Positions 1 to 13,300 of a stretch of 64,000 bases of DNA are shown one piece after another. Under the pieces are notes generated by a model that saw only the letters and a program-made list of their open reading frames with translations, was not told the DNA's origin and did not search any database. Where the stretch lies: NCBI GenBank assembly GCA_964016885.1, contig OZ024741.1:16430001-16494000 (forward strand). Reading direction: 5' to 3'. The stretch comes from Eledone cirrhosa (lineage: Eukaryota). The number at the start of each line of letters is the position of its first letter. Positions within the stretch are counted from its first letter, which is position 1. Both the position numbers and the translations under genes were made by a program.

Positions 1-148
1 TTCAACATATTCCCCTCTCAGATTCACACACAGTGGTCCTTCAGCTTTTCTAAGCCCTGTAAAAAAGTAAAATGAACTCGGAAGGTTGGGTTTCCAACAA
101 GGCCTCTGTAGCAGTGATCAAGCCGGGAACTTTTCAGCACCCCATTGC
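1..148 (-). mobile_element. Tc1/mariner-like terminal fragment
   Basis: The minus strand begins next to (TA)n with GGGGTGCTGAAAAGTTCCCGGCTT, resembling mariner TIRs. It is truncated by the window edge. Confidence 0.45.
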
Positions 149-180
<32 letters not shown>

Positions 181-182
181 AT

Positions 183-534
183 ATATAATTGAATATAAAA
201 GAGAGATAAACACAGATATAAACATACATGTGTTCAAATCATAAGGGATCAAGTTCGCTAGGGTGAAAAACATACTAACTATTAACTATATGGTTTGCCA
301 GACTCAATTTAAAATAATAAATTAAGAAAAAGAAAAACAGACCTATGTTGGGCAACTGCCGGAACACCCAGATAGCTTTGGTTGGTTTGGTCCCTTACAA
401 TTTGAACATATGTATGTTTATATGTGTTTACCTCTCTTTTATATTCAATTATATTACATGGCTCAGAAAAGCCTCTTTCTTTGAGCTATTTAATTGTAAG
501 AGACTATTTTGAGTTTCTAATCAATATATATCTT

Positions 535-540
<6 letters not shown>
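183..540. repeat. Fold-back insert in TA/TG microsatellite (arms ~183-248 and ~391-454)
   Basis: ATAATTGAATATAAAAGAGAG..TGTTCAAAT..AAGGGA is an imperfect reverse complement of TCCCTTACAATTTGAACA..CTCTCTTTTATATTCAATTAT, with a ~140 bp spacer. Confidence 0.75.
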
Positions 541-567
<27 letters not shown>

Positions 568-572
<5 letters not shown>

Positions 573-963
573 GTACATACATATGTGTGTACAGACGCAC
601 AGTAGTATGTATATATCTACATACATGCACACATATATATATATGTACGTATGGGTTTAGCAAACATTTATTATAATGTTGGGTTTGTTTGTAAACAAAC
701 AGCCCGAATTGTGCCGTACAGTGCTCGGCAACCTACGATGGTTGCCGAGCACTGTACGGCGCAATTTGAGCTGTTTGTTTACAAACAAACCGAACATTAT
801 AATAAATGTTTGCTAAACCCATACGTACATATATATATATGTGTGCATGTATGTAGATATATACATACTACTGTGCGTCTGTACACACATATGTATGTAC
901 GTATACATACTTATATTTAGGTATCAGCCATACTAAGAGTGAGAAATGAAATTTTGTTTCATT
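568..963. mobile_element. Palindromic non-autonomous element, same family as 31262-32674
   Basis: Near-perfect ~165 bp arms surround GGCAACC-tacgat-GGTTGCC (734-739). The right arm extends to TACTAAGAGTGAGAAATGAAATT, which is shared with the 31-32 kb element. Flanked by (TA)n. Confidence 0.85.
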
Positions 964-2029
964 CTTTTCCATATATATATATAATCATAATTGGACATTA
1001 AACAATGATATATATATATATATATGTATATGATGATGAAAAATGATTATATATATAGAGCATGTGCATGTAGATATGTACATATAAAATGTGTGTGCAT
1101 GTAAATATATATATATATATAAAATATTCTGTCACTGTGAGGTCAAATGGGACCTCAGGTTGTGTTAAGGGCCATAAAATGGCCCACAAATTTCTTATGT
1201 TATTTTTTTCCGAGGCAGTCTGTCCTTGCCTCTCAGGGGGTTTTATACATCAGTCATATTTTACAAGACTAACATGTGTGCCAAGGTTGTGACAGAGTTA
1301 TTACCCTGTTAGAGTCTGTTAAAAGACTACATGTGTGCCAAAACTCTAACATGTGTGCCAAGATTGTAACAGAGTATCTACTCTGTTCTTTGTGTTTTTG
1401 AACTATTTTTTTCTATTGACATGACACCCAGTAAGTTCTGGAGATTTATTTTTCAGCTGTTGGTTGACTGCCGTTAATCATTTCATCTCAGTATTGTTTA
1501 TTTTTTAGAAGACATATTGAATAGGTAGAACCACTATATCCTCTCACAAAAGCCTCAAGGGGTAAAGCTAATTTTGCACAGTAGGATAGGAACACTGCCC
1601 TGCAAACTAATACCACTCATGCTTGGTGTGGCAGAGCTGTTCCTACTCTTGCAAGACCTTTTTTGAGTTTCTTTTGGTAGTTCTTGAGAATGGGGCAGTG
1701 CCCATGGCTTTCATATTCCCCTTTAACTTTTTTAAGTAATACATTTTATTGATAATTGTATAAATAACATTAAAAATGGGGAAGGGGTAAAGATCTGACT
1801 GTGGGAAAGTAGAGCAAAGAACTATAAAAGCCATAAATGAGAGGAAACGAAGGGGAAGATCAAGGACTCTAGGGCCACAGAAAAAAAGGAGGGGGAAGGA
1901 GAGAGAGTGATGGGTTCTGGGCCTAGGGCGCAGCAGTGTTGGAGTTGAGCTCTGCAAGCAAAACTGCAAAAGTATTTCTGCAGACAATGGCCAGTGACAC
2001 CCACTGCAACAACCACCCCACCTCATGGG

Positions 2030-2165
2030 GCCCCTTCCTCAGAGTGGTTGCTGATGTTCCGATCTTGCAGAGAACTCTGCAGTATAGAGTCCAAGGATGC
2101 CTGAGGGTTTGATGGTGACCGGTGCAAAGAGGAAACGGTCAGACACCTAGTATTTGTTTGTCTTC
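2030..2165 (-). mobile_element. Decayed CRE-type non-LTR retrotransposon fragment
   Basis: The minus strand reads SDRFLFAPVTIKPSGILG..CKIGT, homologous to the peptide at 3616-3936 (SDRFAVVPLAVETSGVLD..TIGT). Confidence 0.55.
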
Positions 2166-2444
2166 CTTATCTTATTAGTTTAAATTGTCAGTTTATTTCT
2201 GTAGGAAATACTTGGGGATAGAGAGAATTCCAGATATGTAACGTTCTGGGTATAGTGGTTTGTGTAGGGTATGGGGGTTGGACATGCTGAGCAGATTGGG
2301 GCCATTTGAAAAAACAGTTATTCTTATCAGATACAATGTAGTTAGGAGGACTTGACACAACCTGCTAGCTCATTGCCTATTATTCTATACACTTATTTAT
2401 ATTATCCTAATATATGCATGTATATGTATTAATCCCATGTGTAT

Positions 2445-2565
2445 CCTGTAATAGAAGAGTAGGCATCAGGAAGGGCATTCAGCTGTAAAACATTGTCTCA
2501 AAACATCCCATCCAACATATACCAACATGGAAATGTGGAATTAAAAATAATACTGATAATGGTGA
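2445..2565 (+). mobile_element. RTE-tail-type SINE/LINE 3' fragment
   Basis: GGCATCAGGAAGGGCATTCAGCTGTAAAAC..CCAACATGGAAATGTGGA..TAAA matches the reverse complement of the RTE 3' end at 48600-48735. Confidence 0.55.
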
Positions 2566-2594
2566 AGATACAGCTGGACCTTACTTTACATATG

Positions 2595-2805
2595 TGGATT
2601 GGCAGTATCAGTAGAGTGTCGGACACCAGGCTTCGCAGTATAGAATTATGGTCTTTTATGTTCTGAGTTCAAATCCTGCAGAGGTTAGCTTTGACTTTCA
2701 TCCTTATGGGGTCGATAAAATAAAGTACCAGTAATACACTGGGGTTGATTTAATCGACTCCCCCCTCCCCCCAAATTGCAGGCCTTGTGACTAAATCAAA
2801 CAATT
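2595..2805 (+). mobile_element. tRNA-derived SINE, family A (octopus OK-like)
   Basis: A box TGGCAGTATCAGTAG, B box GAGTTCAAATCC, central TTTCATCCTTATGGGGTCGATAAAATAAAGTACCAG. More than 10 copies occur in the window. Confidence 0.85.
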
Positions 2806-2942
2806 TATTGATAGATTCTTTAGAACAATGCCAAACCAATTTGACAGACATTAAATGACATAAAAAGGGGTTATGTTTCTACAGCAGACCCTTAATCACC
2901 AAATTATTAAATAAAAGCTTTAAACACTTTTAATTTTAGATA

Positions 2943-3161
2943 TTAACCCTTTAGTATTTACATTACTCTATATATACTATTGTATTTTCACGGTAAACAC
3001 TTTACCTCACATAATTATCGAATTTATGAGATTTTGATATTATTTATTTTGAGAACAATACCTTAACATAAGTATGAGCAGCCAGTTATGGCTGGTTTGA
3101 ACAGAAAGAGGTGAGAGAATTCTGGTCGGATACGGCCAGTTTAAATATACAAAAGGGTTGA
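2943..3161. mobile_element. TTAA-flanked MITE (piggyBac-like ends)
   Basis: TTAA-CCCTTTAGTATTTA ... TAAATATACAAAAGGG-TTGA. A second degenerate copy lies at ~4055-4250. Confidence 0.6.
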
Positions 3162-3309
3162 AATATATGTGTGCCATATATACATTTAAGAAAGATTAAT
3201 AAAATTAATACAATGATTATTTACTTTAAAAGACATCTAAAGTTTGTTGTCTGTCTTCTCTTTATATCATTTCTTGTAGCAGTTGAATCCATTTATTTTG
3301 AACCTGTTT

Positions 3310-3510
3310 TAATTGGTAGAACATCAGACCATTGTGGTATTTGTTCCAGCTCTTTCAATTCTGAGTTCAAATCCCACTCTGATCAACTTTTACCTTTTAT
3401 CCTTCCAGAGCCGATAAAATATAGTACCAGTCAACTACTGGCATTGATTTAATTAACTTTGCCATTTTCCCAAATTTGCTGGCCATGTGTTTTAATTAGA
3501 AATCATTATC
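3310..3510 (+). mobile_element. SINE family A, diverged
   Basis: CTGAGTTCAAATCCC..TTTTATCCTTCC..GATAAAATATAGTACCAG..GGCCATGTG. Confidence 0.75.
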
Positions 3511-3564
3511 AACCATTTTGCCTTTGAACTTCTTTCTCTCCATTTTAACTGGTTAGCATTTACA

Positions 3565-3936
3565 CCCCTCGTCTGGGATGCCATTTGCAGCGACACTTTC
3601 TCCGGCCGCAACCTAGTGCAGTCTGCGACTAACCCAGGTTCTGTTGCACATCGGGCTGAGGAGGCCAAGCTCTCCAAGTACCGGTTGCTCTCCGACAGGT
3701 TCGCGGTTGTGCCCTTGGCAGTGGAGACTTCTGGTGTCCTTGACTCTAGGGCTACCTCCCTACTCACCACCATAGGCACTGAGCTGGCCAGCCCCAGGTG
3801 TGAGCCTCGCAAGTTGGAATGGCTCTTCCAACGCATCTCCCTTACCATCCTTTGGGGAAACGCCTTCTTCATCCTGTCCGCCGGGGCAAGGGGGAGGCCA
3901 GCACGTGGGATCCCATTTGCTCACCATACAGATTAA
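3565..3936 (+). mobile_element. 3' part of a CRE-clade non-LTR retrotransposon (restriction-like endonuclease C-terminus)
   Basis: WDAICSDTF..AEEAKLSKY..VPLAVETSG..LFQRISLTILWGNA matches the RLE C-terminal motifs (AE..K..KY, P.A.ET.G, QR.S....GNA). It forms a GC-rich island. Confidence 0.8.
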
Positions 3937-4054
3937 TAGGCAATGTTATAAACTATTGTTTCTACCGGCTGGAAGTTGGTGTTACAGTTCTGTGGTTTTC
4001 AGTTTTCACGAGACGTATTAGTGATGTGATAGAGGGGAGGTAATTCTGGTTTGA

Positions 4055-4250
4055 AAAACATTTCTCTTTTACATTTGTATTTTTGTGGTAAAGCTTTATC
4101 TTACATAATTATCTCACTTAATATCGAATCTACGAGATTTTGGTGTTATTTATTTTGAGAACAATACTTCAGTATGAGTGGCCAGTTACAAGAGAAAGAG
4201 GTGAGAGAATTTTGGGCGGATATAGCCGGTTTAAATGCTAAACAATTAAG
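4055..4250. mobile_element. Second copy of the TTAA MITE
   Basis: Shares ATTATTTATTTTGAGAACAATAC and AGAAAGAGGTGAGAGAATT..TTTAAAT with 2943-3161. Confidence 0.6.
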
Positions 4251-4304
4251 ATGTGAAAACAACTATAGTTTTATTTAATAATCTATATGTTAATCTATAT
4301 GTTA

Positions 4305-7300
4305 ATAATGGGTTATAATATATAAAGAGAAGGGGGTTATAAGATAGAGAAAGGGGTGGGTTATAATATATAGAGAGAAGGGGTTATAATATAGAGCAAG
4401 GGATGGGTTATAATATATAAAGAGAGACGGTTATAATATAGAGAAAGTGATGGGTTATAATATATAGAGAGAGGGGGTTATAATATAGAGATAGGGATGG
4501 GTTATAATATATAGAGAGAAGGGGTTATAATATAGAGAAAGGGATGGGTTATAATATATAAAGAGAGGGGGTTATAATATAGAGAAAGAGATGGGTTATA
4601 ATATAGAGAAAGGGACGGGTTATAATATATAGAGAGAAGGGGGTTATATTATAGAGAAAGAGATGGGTTATAATATGGAGAAAGGGATGGGTTATAATAT
4701 ATGGAGAGAAGGTGGTTATAATATAGAGAAAGGGATGGGTTATAATATATAGAGAGAAGGGGGTTATATTATAGAGAAAGGGATGGGTTATAATATATAG
4801 AGAGAAGGGGGTTATAATATAGAGAAAGGGATGGGTTATAATATATAGAGAGAAGGGGGTTATATTATAGAGAAAGAGATGGGTTATAATATAGAGAAAG
4901 GGATGGGTTATAATATATAAAGAGAGCGGGTTATAATATATAGAGAGAGGGGGTTATAATATATAAAGAGAGGGGGTTATAATATAGAGAAAGGGATGGG
5001 TTATGATATATAGAGAGAAGGGGTTATAATATAGAGAAAGGGATGGGTTATAATATATAGAGAGACGGGGTTATAATATAGAGAAAGGGATGGGTTATAA
5101 TATATATAGAGAAGGGGATGGGTTATAATATATAGAGAGAAGGGGGTTATAATATAGAGAAATCGATGGGTTATAATATATAAAGAGAAGGAGTTATAAT
5201 ATAGAGAAAGGGATGGATTATAATATATAGAGAGAAGGAGGTTATAATATAGAGAAAGGGAGGGATTATAATATATAAAGAGAAGGGGGTTATAATATAG
5301 AGAAAGGGAGGGATTATAATATATAAAGAGAAGGAGGTTATAATATAGAGAAAGGGAGGGATTATAATATATAAAGAGAAGGGGGTTATAATATAGAGAA
5401 AGGGATGGATTATAATATATAGAGAGAAGGAGGTTATAATATAGAGAAAGGGAGGGATTATAATATATAAAGAGAAGGGGGTTATAATATATAGAGAGAA
5501 GGAGGTTATAATATAGAGAAAGGGAGGGATTATAATATATAAAGAGACGAGGTTATAATATAGAGAAAGGGATGGGGTATAATATATAAAGAGAAGGGGT
5601 TATAATATAGAGAAAGGGATGGGTTATAATATATAGAGAGAAGGGGGTTATAATATAGAGAAGGGGATGGGTTATAATATATAGAGAGAAGGGGTTATAA
5701 TATAGAGAAAGGGATGGGTTATAATATATAGAGAGAAGGGGGTTATATTATAGAGAAAGAGATGGGTTATAATATAGAGAAAGGGATGGGTTATAATATA
5801 TAGAGAGAAGGTGGTTATAATATAGAGAAAGGGACGGGTTATAATATATAGAGAGAAAGGGATGGGTTATAATATATAGAGAGTGGGGGTTATAATATAG
5901 AGAAAGGGATGGGTTATAATATAGAAAAGGGGATGGGTTATAATATATAGAGAGATGGTGTTATAATATAGAGAAAGGGATGGGTTATAATATATAAAGA
6001 GAAGGGGGTTATAATATAGAGAAAGGGATGGGTTATAATATATAGAGAGAAGGGGTTATAATATAGAGAAAGGGACGGGTTATAATATATAAAGAGAAGG
6101 GGGTTATATTATAGAGAAGGAGATGGGTTATAATATGAAGAAAGGGATGGGTTATAATATATAGAGAGAAGGGGTTTATATTATAGAGAAAGAGATGGGT
6201 TATAATATATAGAGAGACGGGGTTATAATATAGAGAAAGGGATGGGTTATAATATATAGAGAGAAGGGCTTATAATATAGAGAAGGGGATGGGTTATAAT
6301 ATAAAAATAGAGGGGGTTATAATATAGAGAAAGAGATGGGTTATAATATAGAGAAAGGGATGGGTTTTAATATATAGAGTGAAGGGCTTATAATATAGAG
6401 AAAGGGATGGGGTATAATATATAGAGAGAAGGAGGTTATAATATAGAGAAAGGGATGGGGTATAATATATAGAGAGAAGGGGTTACAATATAGAGAAAGG
6501 GATGGGGTATAATATATAGAGAGAAGGAGGTTATAATATATAGAGAGCGGGGGTTATAATATAGAGAAAGAGATGGGTTATAATTTATAGAGAGTAGGGG
6601 GTTATAATATAGGGAAAGGAATGGGTTATAATATGTAGAGAGAGGCTGTTATAATATAGAGAAAGGAATGGGTTATATTATATAGAGAGAGGGGGTTATA
6701 ATATAGAGAAAGGGATGTGTTATAATATATAGAGAGAGGGGGTTATAATATAAAGGAAGGGATGGGTTATAATATATAGAGAGAGGGGGTTATAATATAG
6801 AGAAAGGGATGTGTTATAATATATAGAGAAAGGGCTCGGTTATAATATATAGAGAGAAGGGGTTATAATATAGAAAAGGGGATGGATTATAATATATAGA
6901 GAGAGGGTGTTATAATATAGAGAAAGGGATGGATTATAATATATAAAGAGAAGGGGGTTATAATATAGAGAAAGGGATGGGTTGTAATATATAGAAAGGG
7001 ATGGGTTATAATATATAGAGAGAAGGGTTTACAATATAGAGAAAGGAATGGGTTATAATATATAAATTGAAGGGGCTCATAATATAGAGGAAGGGATGGG
7101 TTATAATATATAGAGAGAAGGGGGTTATAATATAGAGAAGGGGATGGGTTATAATATATAGAGAGAAGGGTTTATAATATAGAGAAAGGGATGGATTATA
7201 ATATATATCGAGAGAGGGTTATAATATAGTGAAGGATGGGTTATAATATATAGAGAGAAGGGGTTATAATATAGAGAGAGGGATGGGTTATAATATAGAG

Positions 7301-10300
7301 AAAGGGATGGGTTATAATATATAGAGAGAAAGGGGTGGGTTATAATATATAGAGAGAAGAGTGTTATAATATAGAGAGAGGGATCGGTTATAATATATAG
7401 AGAGAAGGGGGTTATAATATATATAGAGAAGGGGTTATATTATATAGAGAGATGGGGTTATAATATAGAGAAAGGGATGGGTTATGATATATAAAGAGAA
7501 GGGGGTTATAATATAGAGAAAAGGGTGGATTATAATATATAAAGAGAAGGGGTTATAATATAGAGCAAGGGATGGGGTATAATATATAAAGAGAAGGGGT
7601 TATAATATAGAGAAAGGGCTGGGTTATAATATTTAGAAAGGGATGGGTTATAATATATAGAGAGAAGGGGGTTATAATATATAGAGAGAAGGGGTTATAA
7701 TATAGAAAAGGGGATGGGTTATAATATATAGAGAGAGGGTGTTATAATATGGAGAAAAAGATGGGTTATAATATATAAAGAGAAGGGGTTATAATATAGA
7801 GAAAGGGATGAGGTATAATATATAGAGAGAGGGTGTTATAATATAGAGAAAGGGATGGGTTATAATATATAGACAGAAGGGGGTTATAATATAGAGAAAG
7901 GGGTGGGTTATAATATATAAATAGAGGGGGTTATAATATAAAGAAAGGGATGTGTTATAATATATAGAGAGAGGGGGTTATAATATAGAGAAAGGGATTT
8001 GGTTATATTATAGAGAAAGGGATGGGTTATAATATATAGGCAGAGGGTGTTATAATATAGAGAAAGGGATGGGTTATAATATATAGAGAGAAGGGGTGGG
8101 TGATAACATTGAGAAGGGATGGGTTATAATATAGAGAAAGGGATGGGTTATAATATAGAGAAAGGGATGGGTTATAATATATAGAGAGAAGGGGGGTTAT
8201 AATATAGAGAAGGGGATGGGTTATAATATATAGAGAAAAGGGGGTTATAATATATAGAGAGAGGGGGTTATTATATAGAGAAAGGGATGGGTTATAATAT
8301 ATAGAGAGAAGGGGTTATGATATATAGAGAGATGGGGTTATAATATAGAGAACGGGATGGGTTATAATATAGAGAAAGGGATGGGTTATAATATATATGT
8401 TTCTTTTATTTGCCACCAGGGCATCAAAAGTGGGACAAGTACAATGGGGGGAGTTTACAAAACAAGGCGTCCTCAATAAGGAGGAGGCAATAACAATATA
8501 TAAAAATAAAATAAAATATAACAAAAAATAAAATTTATAACAAAGTCCTCAATAGAGAGGAGGCGCCTTGGGGGGTCGTACAGACCCCCGAAAAAAGTGT
8601 GCAACCCTTCTCCTCAGGAGCACAGAGAAGGGGTGCTCCCTTGGTCTTTCATCTTCCTCACCTATAGTCTGATGTAGAGTGAAGGCCCATTCACACGGGC
8701 CATTCTCGCCATTTTCACCCATCTTTCATAGAAACGGCTGGGGTGCAGCACCTCTCTCTCCATCCTGATCCTTCTTCCGAAATGATATCGGAAGAAACGG
8801 ACCAGTTATTGGCCAGAGAGAAAGGTGTCTGACCTCAGTCCTTTCAGACGCGTCCACCATACAACCTCTTTCGCCATGGCTATTACGCACAGAAACACCG
8901 CCTCTCCTTCGTTTTTGAAGGGTTATAATATATAAAGAGAAGGGGTTATAATATAATGAAAGGGATGGATTATAATATATAGAGAGAATGGGGTTATAAT
9001 ATAGAGAAGGGGATAGGTTATAATATATAAAGAGAAGGCGTTATAATATAGAGAAAGGGATGGATTATAATATATAATGAGAAGGGGGTTATAATATAGA
9101 GAAAGGGATGGGTTATAATATAGAGAAAGGGATGGGTTGTAATATATAGAGAGAAGGGGGTTATAATATAGAGAAGGGGATGGGTTATTATATATAGAGA
9201 GAAGGGGTTATAATATAGAGAGAGGGATGGATTATAATATATAAAGAGAAGGGGGTTATAATATAGAGAAAGGGATGGGTTATAATATATAGAGAGAAGG
9301 GGGTTATAATATAGAGAATGGGATGGGTTATAATATAGAGAAAGGGATGGGTTGTAATATATAGAGAGAAGGGGGTTGTAATATAGAGAAGGGGATGGGT
9401 TATTATATATAGAGAGAAGGGGTTATAATATAGAGAGATGGATGGGTTATAATATATGAAGAGAGGGCATTATAATATATAGAGAGAAGAGGTGGATTAT
9501 AATATTGAGAAGGGATGGGTTATAATATATAGAGAGAAGGGGGTTATATTATAGAGAAAGAGATGGGTTATAATATAGAGAAAGGGGTGGCTTATAATAT
9601 ATAGAGAGAAGGTGGTTATAATATAGAGAAAGGGATCGGTTATAATATATAGAGAGAAGGGGTTATAATATAGAAAAGGGGATGGGTTATAATATAAAGA
9701 GAGAGGGTGTTATAATATAGAGAAAGGGATGGGTTATCATATATAAAGAGAAGGGGGTTATAATATGGAGAAAGGGATGGGTTATAATATAGAGAGAGGA
9801 GGGGTTACAATATAGAGAAAGGGATGGGGTATAATATATAAAGAGAAGGGGTTATAATATAGAGAAATGGAGGGGTTATAATATATAAAGAGAAGGGGTT
9901 ATAATATAGAGAAAGGGATGGATTATAATATATAAAGAGAAGGGGTTATAATATAGAGAAAGGGATGAGGTATAATATATAGAGTGAAGGAGGTTATAAT
10001 ATAGAGAAAGGGATGGGTTATAATATATAGAGAGAAGGGTGTTATAATATAGAGAAAGGGATGGGTTATAATATAGAGAAAGGGATGGGTTGTAATATAT
10101 AGAGAGAAGGGGTTATAATATAGAGAAAGGGATGGGTTATAATATATAGAGAGAAGGGGTTACAATATAGAGTAAGGAATGGGTTATAATATATAAAGAG
10201 AAGGGGCTTATTATATAGAGAAAGGGATGGGTTATAATATATAGAGAGAAGGGTGTTATATTATAGAGAAAGAGATGGGTTATAATATAGAGAAAGGGAT

Positions 10301-13300
10301 GGGTTATAATATATGGAGAGAAGGTGGTTATAATATAGAGAAAGGGGTGGGTTATAATATATAGAGAGAAAGGGGTTATATTATAGAGAAAGAGATGTGT
10401 TATAATATAGAGAAAGGGATGGGTTATAATATATGGAGAGAAGGTGGTTATAATATAGAGAAAGGGGTGGGTTATAATATATAGAGGGAAGGGGGTTATA
10501 ATATAGAGAAAGGGATGGGTTATAATATATAGAGAGAAGGAGGTTATAATATATAGAGAGCGGGGGTTACAATATAGAGAAATGGATGGGTTATAATATA
10601 TAGAGAGAGGGAGTTATAATATAAAGAAAGGGATGGGTTATAATATAGGAGAGAAGGGGTTATAATATAGATAAAGGGTTGGGTTATAAGATAGAGAAAG
10701 GGATGGGTTATAATATATAGAGAGAAGGGGGTTATAATATAGAGAAAGGGATGGGTTATAATATATAAAGAGAGGGGGTTATAATATAGAGAAAGGGATG
10801 GGTTATAATATATAGAGAGAAGGAGGTTATAATATATAGAGAGCGGGGGTTATAATATAGAGAAAGGGATGGGTTATAATATATAGAGAGAAGCGGGTTA
10901 TAATATATAGCGAAAGGGGTTATATTATAGAGAAAGGAATGGGTTATAATATATAGAGAGAAGGGGTTATAATATAGAGAAAGGGATGGGTTATAATATA
11001 TAGAGAGAGGGGGTTATAATATAAAGAAAGGGATGGGTTATAATATATAGAGAGAAGGGGTTATAATATAGAAAAGGGGATGGGTTAAAATATATAAAGA
11101 AAGGGATCGGTTATAATATATAGAGAGAAGGGGTTATAATATAGAAAAGGGGATGGGTTATAATATATAGAGAGAAGGGGGTTATAATATAGAGAAAGGG
11201 ATGGGTTATAATATATAGAGAGGCGGTGTTATAATATAGAGAAAGGGATGGGTTATAATATATAGGCAGAGGGTGTTATAATATAGAGAAAGGGATGAGT
11301 TATAATATATAGAGAGAAGGGGGTTATAATATAGAGAGAGGGATGGGTTATAATATATGACGAGAGGGGGTTATAATATAGAGAAAGGGATGGGTTATAA
11401 TATATAGAGAGAGGTTGTTATAATATAGAGAAAGGGATGGGTTATAATATATAGAGAGAAGGGGTTATGATATATAGAGAGATGGGGTTATAATATAGAG
11501 AAAGGGATGTATTATAATATAGAGAAAGGGATGGATTATAATATATAGAGAGAATGGGGTTATAATATAGAGAAGGGGATGGGTTATAATATATAAAGAG
11601 AAGCCGTTATAATATAGAGAAAGGGATGGATTATAATATATAAAGAGAAGGGGGTTATAATATAGAGAAAGGGATGGGTTATAATATAGAGAAAGGGATG
11701 GGTTGTAATATATAGAGAGAAGGGGGTTATAATATAGAGAAAGGGATCGGTTATAATATATAGAGAGAGGGTGTTATAATATATAAAGAGAAGGGGTTAT
11801 AATATAGAGAAAGGGATGGATTATAATATATAAAGAGAAGGGGTTATAGAGAAAGGGATGAGGTATAATATATAGAGAGAAGGATGTTATAATATAGAGA
11901 AAGGGATGGGTTATAATATATAGAGAGAAGGGTGTTGTAATATAGAGAAAGGGATGGGTTATAATATAGAGAAAGGGATGGGTTGTAATATATAGAGAGA
12001 AGGGGTTACAATATAGAGAAAGGGATGGGTTATAATATATAGAGAGAAGGGGTTACAATATAGAGTAAGGAATGGGTTATAATATATAAAGAGAAGGGGC
12101 TTATTATATAGAGAAAGGGATAGGTTATAATATATAGAGAGAAGGGGGTTATATTATAGAGAAAGAGATGGGTTATAATATAGAGAAAGGGATGGGTTAT
12201 AATATATGGAGAGAAGGTGGTTATAATATAGAGAAAGCGGTGGGTTATAATATATAGAGAGAAAGGGGTTATATTATAGAGAAAGAGATGGGTTATAATA
12301 TAGAGAAAGGGATGGGTTATAATATATGGAGAGAAGGTGGTTATAATATAGAGAAAGGGGTGGGTTATAATATATAGAGAGAAAGGGGTTATATTATAGA
12401 GAAAGAGATGGGTTATAATATAGAGAAAGGGATGGGTTATAATATATGGAGAGAAGGTGGTTATAATATAGAGAAAGGGGTGGGTTATAATATATAGAGG
12501 GAAGGGGGTTATAATATAGAGAAAGGGATGGGTTATAATATATAGAGAGAAGGAGGTTATAATATATAGAGAGCGGGGCTTATAATATAGAGAAAGGAAT
12601 GGGTTATAATATATAGACAGAGGGGGTTATAATATAGAGAAAGGGATGGGTTATAATATATAGAGAGAAGGGGGTTATAATATGTAGCGAGAGGGGCTTA
12701 TAATATATAGAGAGAAGGAGGTTATAATATATAGAGAGCGGGGGTTACAATATAGAGAAATGGTTGGGTTATAATATATAGAGAGAAGGGGGTTATAATA
12801 TATAGCGAGAGGGGGTTATAATATAGAGAAAGGAATGGGTTATAATACATAGAGAGAGGGGGTTATAATATAGAAAAAGGGATGGGTTATAATATATAGA
12901 GAGAAGGAGGTTATAATATATAGAGAGAGGCGGTTATTATATAGAGAAAGGGATGTGTTATAATATATAGAGAGAGGGATGGGTTATAATATATACAGAG
13001 AGGGTGTTATAATATAGAGAAAGGGATGGGTTATAATATATAAAGAGAAGGGGTTATAATATAGAGAAATGGATGGGTTAAAATATATAGAGAGAGGGTG
13101 TTATAATATAGAGAAAGGGATTGGTTATAATATATAGGGAGAAGGGGATTATAATATAGAGAAAGGAATGGGTTATAATATATAAATAGACGGGGTTATA
13201 ATATAAAGAAAGGGATGTGTTATAATATATAGAGAGAAGGGGTTATAATATAGAGAAGGGGTTGGGTTATAAGATAGAGAAAGGGATGGATTATAATATA

